A program made the position numbers and the translations under genes. Shown piece after piece: positions 47,884-56,098 of a DNA stretch of 64,000 bases. The DNA comes from Fibrobacter sp. UBA4373 (GTDB lineage Bacteria > Fibrobacterota > Fibrobacteria > Fibrobacterales > Fibrobacteraceae). Numbering within the stretch: the stretch's first letter is position 1; each line of letters opens with the position of its first letter. The notes beneath the pieces are model-generated. The model searched no databases. It worked only from the letters and a program-made list of their open reading frames with translations, and was not told the DNA's origin. Location: positions 5,361 through 69,360 of the forward strand of contig DGSB01000061.1 of the NCBI GenBank assembly GCA_002390045.1. Reading direction: 5' to 3'.

Positions 47884-50214
47884 TTAAAACGGCAAGGGGG
47901 GAGCGACAAAAAGACTCCAAACTTGTGTTTTTTCTAACGCATTCATCCAATCCAGGAGTCGAATTTGGTCCGAAAAGCTTCTAGAGAAGTAAGATTCGTC
48001 CGAAAGTATCGATTCGAGCACCACCTGACGCCGTTCCGGAAGCCCTGCGAGACGTTTGGCTTCCGCAATCGCCAGGTCCATTCCGCCAATCCGATGCACA
48101 AGCCCATTCCGCACACCTTGACTTCCAGTAAAGACTCTTCCGCCGGCAAGCCCGCTGTCCAGGTCCGCCTTCGAAAGCTGAGTCGCTTCGCTCACGACCC
48201 CGAGGAAACGGTCATAGAACGAATCCATATAATTTTGAAGAGCCTGTTTTTCCTCTTCATCAAAGGCTCGTCCTAGGCCTTCCGCATCGGCATGGGCATG
48301 CGTTTTCACCGGTTCCATCCGGAGCTTCAGTTTGTCGAGCAAGCCTTTAAAGCTTACCTTTCCTCCAAAGATTCCAATGCTTCCCACAATACTCGCATTT
48401 TCCGCAATAATTTCATTTGCACCGCAAGCGATATAATAGCCGCCACTGGCCCCCATATCGCCAATGCTTGCAATCACCGGCATCCGCGTTTTCGAAATCA
48501 TCCGCAGGCGGTGCCAAATTTCATCGGACGCCTGGGCAGAACCGCCCGGGCTATTGATGCGGACGATCAAAGCGGAATAGTCCGGAGAGTGCATCAAATT
48601 GCCCAGAGCATCCAGCACTTCTCTAGAGCCTGTGCTGCGCCGGCCCGTAATCGGATCATATCCGCCAGAGCCATCCACGATAGAGCCTTCAATATTCAGC
48701 AGGGCAATTCTAGAGCGCGGGCGCCAATCTTCGTCAAAAATTCGCACTCCCGCTTTCGGAGCGTAATCGCTCACCATCACATTCGGAGCCGTAATTCCGT
48801 AAAAGGTTTTCAAAGCATAGGGACCTACTTCGTCCAAGTACAAAAGAGTGTCCACCAGTCCGACCCGTTTTGCGTCTTTGGCAAGCAAGCTCGGGTGCGA
48901 GAGCATTGAATCCAAAGGTCCTGTATTCGAAATGCGCGAGCGAGAGTCCGCGGTCATGGCCTTCCACCAATCCTTGTAAAGCGTCTCGTAATTGGAACGG
49001 GCCTCAACGCTCATCGAATCTGCGGTATAGGGTTCTACCGCCGACTTGTACGCGCCATGGCGTAAAAGTTCCACATTCACCCCGATCCAGTCAAAGAAGC
49101 CTTTGTAATAAAGGACTTCCCCTCCGACGCCGCGGTAATTGACCCGGGCAGAAGGCTCAAGTACTATTTTCGTCGACGAACTTGCCGCAAGGAGCGTCGT
49201 CGGGCGGATTTCGTCCAAATATGCGATTGTCACTCGTCCTTGCATGCCAAGCTTCGCAATTCCTCGTTCAATTTCTTTGGAAATCGCCGTGCCTGCTTTG
49301 TAACCGGTAAAATCAAAAATGATTACTTCCGCACTTCCATCCGCCATCAGCAATTCGAAATGTTCTCGCAAGGATTCTAAGCTCAGAGAGTTTTTTCCAA
49401 AAAAGGAAAACCCCTGTTCCATTTCGCTTAACGGCATCGAAAGTGGAACCCGGACAACGCGAGAGAACAAATAAGGATCCGCGATTTTTGCCGTATGATA
49501 CCCGATCGAAAAATGACGCGGTTTCCAATCGTTGTCAATCGAAAGAGTGCCATGGACCGTTCGCCCAAACGCATGAGAAAGGTACACGCGGTAATCCTCT
49601 TTCCCATAAAGCGGAATCTGGATGCCAATATCCAGCAGTTTCAAATCGGCCTCTAGAAGCAAGCGATGATTGCTTTTGTTCTCACCGGCATAGCTCACCG
49701 AAAATCCATCCCACACGCGTAACGTTGCGCCATATTCCTGTACCCGCCGCTGTTTTTCCGGCCCAAACTGCAACGCATGACGACTGTCAAAGCCGAAAGC
49801 GAGCCAGTTGAACGGACGGATCAAAACGCCCGGCGTTACCGAAAAATCCGTACCGTTAAAAGCCGCACTGCGGAACGCTCCCGCCGAAAGTCCCAAGAAC
49901 GCGAACCGATCGAACATCGGAACGGAGCTGATTAAATTCCAGCGAGATTCATCCAGTCCTTCATAATCGGAGCGGTACTCGAAAGACGCCCCCAAGTAAT
50001 CGCCATTCACGCCCAAGGACATTTCATAGACGTCTTCCTTGGTACGGCCAAAATTCAAAACGGCCCCCGGAGAATCGAAAGCAGAAAGTCCTGCCGGATT
50101 CCCAAAGAGACCGTTGGAATTCGGGAGAGACGGAAACATCCATTCTCCCGGCAAATAGGCGAAAGATACAACGCTTAACGCGAGCAAAATAGAGGCGATT
50201 CGTTTATTCATCAC
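47884..50214 (-). CDS. sppA: Signal peptide peptidase A (S49) with an extra N-terminal barrel-like domain
   Basis: GAYKSAVEP, RINSPGGS, ASGGYYIA, GSIGI, GGRVFTG. Confidence 0.9.
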   Translation of the reverse strand: MMNKRIASILLALSVVSFAYLPGEWMFPSLPNSNGLFGNPAGLSAFDSPGAVLNFGRTKEDVYEMSLGVNGDYLGASFEYRSDYEGLDESRWNLISSVPMFDRFAFLGLSAGAFRSAAFNGTDFSVTPGVLIRPFNWLAFGFDSRHALQFGPEKQRRVQEYGATLRVWDGFSVSYAGENKSNHRLLLEADLKLLDIGIQIPLYGKEDYRVYLSHAFGRTVHGTLSIDNDWKPRHFSIGYHTAKIADPYLFSRVVRVPLSMPLSEMEQGFSFFGKNSLSLESLREHFELLMADGSAEVIIFDFTGYKAGTAISKEIERGIAKLGMQGRVTIAYLDEIRPTTLLAASSSTKIVLEPSARVNYRGVGGEVLYYKGFFDWIGVNVELLRHGAYKSAVEPYTADSMSVEARSNYETLYKDWWKAMTADSRSRISNTGPLDSMLSHPSLLAKDAKRVGLVDTLLYLDEVGPYALKTFYGITAPNVMVSDYAPKAGVRIFDEDWRPRSRIALLNIEGSIVDGSGGYDPITGRRSTGSREVLDALGNLMHSPDYSALIVRINSPGGSAQASDEIWHRLRMISKTRMPVIASIGDMGASGGYYIACGANEIIAENASIVGSIGIFGGKVSFKGLLDKLKLRMEPVKTHAHADAEGLGRAFDEEEKQALQNYMDSFYDRFLGVVSEATQLSKADLDSGLAGGRVFTGSQGVRNGLVHRIGGMDLAIAEAKRLAGLPERRQVVLESILSDESYFSRSFSDQIRLLDWMNALEKTQVWSLFVAPPLPF

Positions 50215-50229
50215 CTCAAAAATATAACC

Positions 50230-51576
50230 TTATTCGCACTTTACATAAGAAGTCGGATTCTTGGAGAATACGTTATCTGCAAGCCATTTTCCGCTCGCCG
50301 TCAACTCCATGTTCGTGCTTTCAAATGCCGACGCACCTTCCGGAACCGAGGATGCTGACCAGTTTGCCGAAGACAGCTGATGCAGATCCACCCATTCCTG
50401 CCATTCCGCATTGCGATCCGACACTTCGCCGTCACCATTCGCATTGATCGTTCCCCATTCCGAAACGATTACCGAAAGTCCTCCGGTCATCGCCTTTTCG
50501 GCACGAATGCCCTGGTTCGAAATTTTATGGGTTCCTGCGTAATAATGGAATGAATAGGAAATATTTTCGCCTTCCACCGGTTCCTTCACAAAAAGGTCCG
50601 GAGTCTGATCCCATGCAGGACTACCGACAATGACCATATTATCCGAATATTTGCGGATCACCGGAATCACCGTTTCGGCATAAAGCTTGATCCAGTTCCA
50701 GCGAGCGTCTGTCGGTTCGTTGTAGATTTCAAAAATCACGTTGTCATATGCGCCCCACTTCTGAGCGACATATTCAAAGAAGAGCATCGAAGATTTCGGA
50801 TCGAGATGCGCCGTATGGGAATGGTAATCAATGATCACATAGATATCGTTCTTGATTGCCGAAACAATCACCGAATCCAAGAAAGCCCGATACTTTTCCG
50901 TATCCGTAAAGTAGTTGCCACGGCCCCAGTTCAAATCCACACCCATGGCGGCACGAATGAGTTCGATACGCATGGAATCGACCATCCAAGTGATCTTTTC
51001 GTCATTATAAAAATCCGTTCCTCTTTCGATAAGGCTCCAATAAAGGCTCATGCCGCGTACCTGGACTTCATTTCCCGGAGTAGAATATGCCGGGCACGAT
51101 CCATAAATGCGGCCCACACCTTCCGCGTTGACACCCGTCTTCATTTCACCGTACTGTCCAACAGGTCCCACACGACGCGGTGCAATCGTCGCTTCCGCGA
51201 CCTGAACATCCAACTGGAGCAAGGAATCTTGCAAATCGTAAACCTGCTTAATCGAATCCTGTTTCAAGGAATCGCGAACAATGGAGTCTCGCACAATGGA
51301 ATCCCGAATCGCGATTTGCCGAATTGAATCCTGCATAATGGAATCGCGGACAAGCGAATCCCGCACAATGGAATCCTGCCTTGCTATTTCCGCCAAAGAA
51401 TCTTGGAGATGCACAAAGGCAATCGAATCTTGAATGGCGATTTCACGAGCAATCGAGTCTTCGATAGCCTTTTGTTTTGCCAGTTCTTCTTCGAGCACCG
51501 GCGACGGCGAAAGTTCGTCGTCACAGGCAGCCAAAAAACACAGGACCAAGGACCCGAGGAGAAAGCGGAATTTCAT
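50230..51576 (-). CDS. GH5 endoglucanase lipoprotein
   Basis: Lipobox LAAC; RGMSLYW, IRAAMG, IIDYHSH, EIYNEP (acid/base), HYYAGTH, VSEWG (nucleophile). Confidence 0.92.
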   Translation of the reverse strand: MKFRFLLGSLVLCFLAACDDELSPSPVLEEELAKQKAIEDSIAREIAIQDSIAFVHLQDSLAEIARQDSIVRDSLVRDSIMQDSIRQIAIRDSIVRDSIVRDSLKQDSIKQVYDLQDSLLQLDVQVAEATIAPRRVGPVGQYGEMKTGVNAEGVGRIYGSCPAYSTPGNEVQVRGMSLYWSLIERGTDFYNDEKITWMVDSMRIELIRAAMGVDLNWGRGNYFTDTEKYRAFLDSVIVSAIKNDIYVIIDYHSHTAHLDPKSSMLFFEYVAQKWGAYDNVIFEIYNEPTDARWNWIKLYAETVIPVIRKYSDNMVIVGSPAWDQTPDLFVKEPVEGENISYSFHYYAGTHKISNQGIRAEKAMTGGLSVIVSEWGTINANGDGEVSDRNAEWQEWVDLHQLSSANWSASSVPEGASAFESTNMELTASGKWLADNVFSKNPTSYVKCE

Positions 51577-51691
51577 AAAGCCTCCGTTGTAGTTCTCCAA
51601 ATATATCCCTTAAAGAATGAGTCCACCCGTATCGTTTGCACGGTTCTGTTTACAGCAGAACACAACCGATACAGAATGCAGAATTTGACGT

Positions 51692-52567
51692 CTAATTTGA
51701 GCCAACCGCGGTCACCGTCGGGCAAGTCACTTCCAAGAACGAACCGTTGTCGTTCGAAACCGTTACCGTCGGAGTCGCTGACTGGCCCGCAGCCGTAAAC
51801 GTCAACGAAGCGTCTACCCAAGTCGGGTTCACATCGCTTGACCAGGTATAAGACGAAATGCCAAGGAGGCTTTCACAACCTGAGATATTCCAGTTAGCAA
51901 GCGCATAGCCATTCGAAACATCTACCGTTTCCGCAGAAGCCGTGCATTTACAGCCTGTAATCGGAGCGACCGTTACTGTTAGCGGAGAACATGTGATTGT
52001 ATCGCCGCCATCAATGGAAAGCCTTGCGATATAAGTTCCCGTTTCCGGATATTGGCCAGAAACATTGCGAAGTCCCTTTCCCGAACCCGTTCCTTGATAA
52101 GAGCCTTCAATAATCCATTTGAACTTAAGGGAGCTTGCCACACTAGTATCTGCAGGACTCGTCTGGGTAAAGACCCACGTTGCCCACTGCGTCATCACAA
52201 TGGAATCTTTTTGCGGAGCACAGGTTCCAAGGATTTCAACCGATTCCGCACTGCTTGAAGATTTTGCCGAGGAGCTGGATGGTTTCGTTTTCCCCGCCAC
52301 GCTGGACGAAGAATTGACTTTCACGCTCGACGAAGAATTCACTTTTATGCTCGACGAAGAGCTCACAGCACTTGACGAGGAATTGCCGTTAGGGATCGTC
52401 GAAGACGACGAAACTATCTCGCTGGAGCTGGATGGAATCGTCGAAGACGATGATTCCATTACAACGGATTCGATTCCAGAAACAGCCCGCAAATCCGTAT
52501 CTTCACACGCAACCATCCCAAAGACAAGCAAGCTTGCGGCCAGGGTAAAAATTTTCGATTTTTTCAT
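51692..52567 (-). CDS. Ser-rich lipoprotein with two Cys-clamped PKD-like domains
   Basis: Lipobox MVAC; GTCAP..WVFTQ..CSPL and ITGCKCTA..TPTVTVSN..VTC; paralog of 54585-55790. Confidence 0.8.
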   Translation of the reverse strand: MKKSKIFTLAASLLVFGMVACEDTDLRAVSGIESVVMESSSSTIPSSSSEIVSSSSTIPNGNSSSSAVSSSSSIKVNSSSSVKVNSSSSVAGKTKPSSSSAKSSSSAESVEILGTCAPQKDSIVMTQWATWVFTQTSPADTSVASSLKFKWIIEGSYQGTGSGKGLRNVSGQYPETGTYIARLSIDGGDTITCSPLTVTVAPITGCKCTASAETVDVSNGYALANWNISGCESLLGISSYTWSSDVNPTWVDASLTFTAAGQSATPTVTVSNDNGSFLEVTCPTVTAVGSN

Positions 52568-53244
52568 TACAGCCTCACCGCCCAAAGAACGAAACGAGCA
52601 CCGACGTTCCACGCCCGAGCATCGAGTTTCCTTTCATTCACAACGAAAGTCGTGGAATTTGTCAAATCGTAAGCACCGAAAAGCGCGGTTTCAAGAGACA
52701 CCGCCCCCAGCGGGAATCGGTAACCGGCAGAAATTTCGAGCGGAACTTTCACATGAGATTCAAGTCCCCAATAAATACTCTGTTCCTGACTTTCACACAA
52801 AGTAATTTTATCCTGGAGGGCGACCATAACCGCCGAGCCGAGCTCTGCCCAGACGCCCTTTTCCTTGCTGGACTGGAACCGTACAGCCGCACCGCCGCCT
52901 AAGCGCCAAAAGCCTTCATTGATCGTCGCCTGCGATCCTTCGCTTACATACAGGGCGTCATATTCCCCCAGCATAGAAAGACGGAATGCAAAATGATGAT
53001 ACCCGATTAACCCCGAAAGTCCAAAAGCAACCTGCGGAGCCTGCAGCGGATCTTCATGAAGTTTGACATTTGTCATGCCAAACGCGCCATTTAAAACGAC
53101 GCCCAAATCCACCCACAGATTTTCTGAGGAAGCTTCACTTGCATTAGGCGCAAGAACAAGGGTAGAAGTAGAATCTGACGGCTGCGCAAAAGCGCAAGAT
53201 GCCACAGCAATTAAAAATCCAACGATTCGAAAAATACGTTTCAT
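52567..53244 (-). CDS. Putative small outer-membrane beta-barrel
   Basis: Signal peptide, alternating strands, AGYRF, WNVGARFVLW. Confidence 0.65.
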   Translation of the reverse strand: MKRIFRIVGFLIAVASCAFAQPSDSTSTLVLAPNASEASSENLWVDLGVVLNGAFGMTNVKLHEDPLQAPQVAFGLSGLIGYHHFAFRLSMLGEYDALYVSEGSQATINEGFWRLGGGAAVRFQSSKEKGVWAELGSAVMVALQDKITLCESQEQSIYWGLESHVKVPLEISAGYRFPLGAVSLETALFGAYDLTNSTTFVVNERKLDARAWNVGARFVLWAVRL

Positions 53245-53317
53245 TTCCTAGGAAATATATACCACACCTCTCTGCAAAAAAAGCAAAAAGATTTTAATGA
53301 TGTTTCCCGTTTAAAAC

Positions 53318-53343
53318 AAAAAGACCTCTCCGAAGAGAGGTCT
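53318..53343 (-). terminator. Terminator after the Rpn gene (copy 1 of a 26-bp direct repeat)
   Basis: AAAAAGACCTCTC-cgaa-GAGAGGTCT. Confidence 0.85.
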
Positions 53344-53371
53344 ATAACACGTTTACTGCAAATGGATTGCA

Positions 53372-54322
53372 TTACAAGGCTAAGATTTCATTTTCAGATA
53401 GGCCGCTTTGTTTGGAAATAAGCGAAATGCTGACTCCCGCATCCCGAAGTCCCTTTGCCATCTCCCTCCGTGCTTCAGCACGTCCTTCTGCACGGCCTTC
53501 TGCACGGCCTTCGGAAAGGCCCTCTTCGCGGGCACGAGCCTTCTCCACATAAAGTTCGTAATTGTGATCGCCCATCTTCATCGCCTCGCTTACTAAGAAC
53601 TCATTTGTAAATGTACTCAATTTTGCACGCTCCTGCAAGAGACGGAACATTGGGTCGATGACAGCGTTCCCAGCAGTCTCATCATTAAGACTTTCAAAAA
53701 AGCGAAGCCACAGCGCAAGGCGACTGTTGTCCTTGGTAAAATTCCCTTTTAGGAACTTGGGAATTTCTACAAGCGTGATGGTCTGCTTTTCGTAAAACAC
53801 CTCGTTTTCCTGATTTTTGAGACGGATGCTGTGGCGATAATTCCCGGAACGGGGAAAGCCATTGAACATTTGCAGACTGATTAAATTTAAGTTGCGGAGG
53901 CAGTAGTCCTCACCCTTGACGCGGCCCGCAACCACATGCTTTGCGGCATAAAGCACCAAACGGTCGGCATAGCTTTTGCCATTCACATGCTGAACTTCAA
54001 GGACAATTCGATCCTTATGTTGGTCATCCGCCACGATATCCGAAGTCGATGTTTTTGCAAAAGCTTCTGGGCTTACAGGATTTGCAAATGTGACGTGATC
54101 AATGCAATCGGCACCATCCAATTTGAGCACCGCATTCAGAAAATCAACGGTGACCGCTTCGTTGGCGGGATTTCCCAAAAGCACTTTGAAAATGTCGTCA
54201 TTGTAGACATAAACATATTTATAGCGTTCAGTATACTTTGCAATACAGGCGCGCGTATCGCCACCAGCCTTGTGGATTTCGCAAATGTCCCGAAGCATTT
54301 TCGCATATTGTTCTTTTGTCAT
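53372..54322 (-). CDS. Rpn-family recombination-promoting nuclease (PD-(D/E)XK_2)
   Basis: NDDIFKVLLG, SDIVA..IVLEVQ, ITLVEIPKF, EGRAEGRAEG..MAKGL..ISKQSGLS tail; start could be 54337. Confidence 0.9.
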   Translation of the reverse strand: MTKEQYAKMLRDICEIHKAGGDTRACIAKYTERYKYVYVYNDDIFKVLLGNPANEAVTVDFLNAVLKLDGADCIDHVTFANPVSPEAFAKTSTSDIVADDQHKDRIVLEVQHVNGKSYADRLVLYAAKHVVAGRVKGEDYCLRNLNLISLQMFNGFPRSGNYRHSIRLKNQENEVFYEKQTITLVEIPKFLKGNFTKDNSRLALWLRFFESLNDETAGNAVIDPMFRLLQERAKLSTFTNEFLVSEAMKMGDHNYELYVEKARAREEGLSEGRAEGRAEGRAEARREMAKGLRDAGVSISLISKQSGLSENEILAL

Positions 54323-54531
54323 TTCCCTGCCTCTCATGCGTGAAGTTTTCGGTGTCCCTTTTAGCACTCTTTATTGCAAAATTCATGCCATAAACGAAAT
54401 GCCGATTTTTGCGAAAAAAAAAGAAGAATTCTTCAGCAGCAAGACTGATTAATCACTCATTAATCAGTTTGAGCAATTCCTAACGTAGAGAAATCACAGC
54501 AAAAAATAGCCGGCGGTTTTGAATGCATACA

Positions 54532-54557
54532 AAAAAGACCTCTCCGAAGAGAGGTCT
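54532..54557 (-). terminator. Terminator after the lipoprotein gene (copy 2 of the 26-bp repeat)
   Basis: Identical AAAAAGACCTCTCCGAAGAGAGGTCT. Confidence 0.85.
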
Positions 54558-54584
54558 GCTTTTTGAAAACGATATTTTTGACTC

Positions 54585-55790
54585 TTATTGAACGCCCCAG
54601 CATCCACCTAACGTGATGCTTCCTCCTTCCGGGACTTCCAAAGTCACAGGGAAGGTTACAGTAAGCTGACCATTACAAGTGCCCCACGGTCCATTAGCCC
54701 AAGTCACCGATGCTCCGAACCATGTATTACAATTATCGGCACTACCACCATTGACCTGAATCATTTGCGGACCCGTTGCAGAGCTGCAATCTGTAAACGT
54801 ATAGGAGCCGGCCTCGTATTCACCTTGTGTCCATACAAGCGTTTCCGACACATTCTGTGAATCCTTCACCTTCACAGTTGCGCAAGTCACGTCCAGCTTC
54901 GTTCCTTCGGCGTTCGAAACCGTCACCGTCGGAGTCTGTTCGCCCTTGGCAGAAACCGTCATCGAGCCTGTGTTATCCGAACCTGTCACACCTGTCGACC
55001 AAGCGTAGCCCGTAATTGCCGCATCCGAAGTGCAGCCCGTTACCTTCCAAGAAGCCGTTGCCGTTGCACCGGCGATATCCACTTCAGCAGCGTCGGCCGT
55101 GCATTCGCAACCCGTAATCGCAGCGCCGTTCACCTGGAGTTCCGAGCACTGAACCGTATTGCCGTCTACCACGAGAGTCGCCGTCATCGTTCCGCTTTCC
55201 GTAGCATAGGTGGCCGTCGTCGTCTTCAAACCAGTACCATTCGCAGTTCCTTCTGTCGACTTCGGCATGGTCCATTCATACGCAGCCTGAGCACCCTTCG
55301 TGATGCCCGCCATACCGGCCGGAGTCACCTGGGTAAAGGTCCACGTGGTCGATTCACCCTTGTTGATCGTCGCCGGAACCGGTGCGCAAGTACCGTTCAC
55401 CGTGCCATCATCCACAATTTCTACAGAAGAGCTCGACGCGACCGATGCCGAAGAAGCAACCGATGCGCTCGAGAAATTGATTGCCGCGGAGCTCGAAGAA
55501 ACAATCGTCGATGCCGAAGAAGTGACCGAAGCACTGCTCGGTTCCGTCACACCGGCACTCGAAGAGGATTCTTCAGGAACCGTATTGTTTGCCTTGGCAG
55601 AGCACTTCGCATCCGCCGCGCAAGCTGCCGTTGCTTCATCTACGCGACCGGCATAATAAGAACTATCATAAACAAATACGTTGCCCTTATCTTCCGAAGT
55701 CGCTCCGGAAACATCGCCACTGCCACAAGCGACAAAAGCGCCACCAGCAATTGCAGCGAGAGCAAGTCCATACATCAACTTTTTCTGCAT
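54585..55790 (-). CDS. Modular Ser/Thr-rich lipoprotein (four Cys-clamped modules)
   Basis: Lipobox FVAC; shares modules with 51692-52567 and 58738-59616. Confidence 0.82.
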   Translation of the reverse strand: MQKKLMYGLALAAIAGGAFVACGSGDVSGATSEDKGNVFVYDSSYYAGRVDEATAACAADAKCSAKANNTVPEESSSSAGVTEPSSASVTSSASTIVSSSSAAINFSSASVASSASVASSSSVEIVDDGTVNGTCAPVPATINKGESTTWTFTQVTPAGMAGITKGAQAAYEWTMPKSTEGTANGTGLKTTTATYATESGTMTATLVVDGNTVQCSELQVNGAAITGCECTADAAEVDIAGATATASWKVTGCTSDAAITGYAWSTGVTGSDNTGSMTVSAKGEQTPTVTVSNAEGTKLDVTCATVKVKDSQNVSETLVWTQGEYEAGSYTFTDCSSATGPQMIQVNGGSADNCNTWFGASVTWANGPWGTCNGQLTVTFPVTLEVPEGGSITLGGCWGVQ

Positions 55791-56098
55791 AAGAAAGGCC
55801 TCTTTCTTGTAAAATTACAACAATCCAAAGAGGAATTTAAATTTTTTTGATTCAAACGCAACATATTTATGTGGTACAAAAGTTCCTCTTTTTGTCTTTG
55901 CGTGACTTTCGGCACGACTTTTGTGCCTCAATCCAACTTCAAAACTCATTTTTAAAGAAATGTTTACAAAAAACTTGTTTGCTCGTTGTCTAGAAACAAC
56001 GAATTAATTGCGGAAATCTGCATTGTCGATTTCAGGCAATAGTTTTAAAAAGGGAACTTTGTCTCAATTCCGGGTCAAAGTTATCGGGTTGGATTAAT

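Noticed and set aside
53372-54322. Rpn gene as an IS transposase
   Set aside because: No terminal inverted repeats or DDE/HUH motifs; the family name is historical
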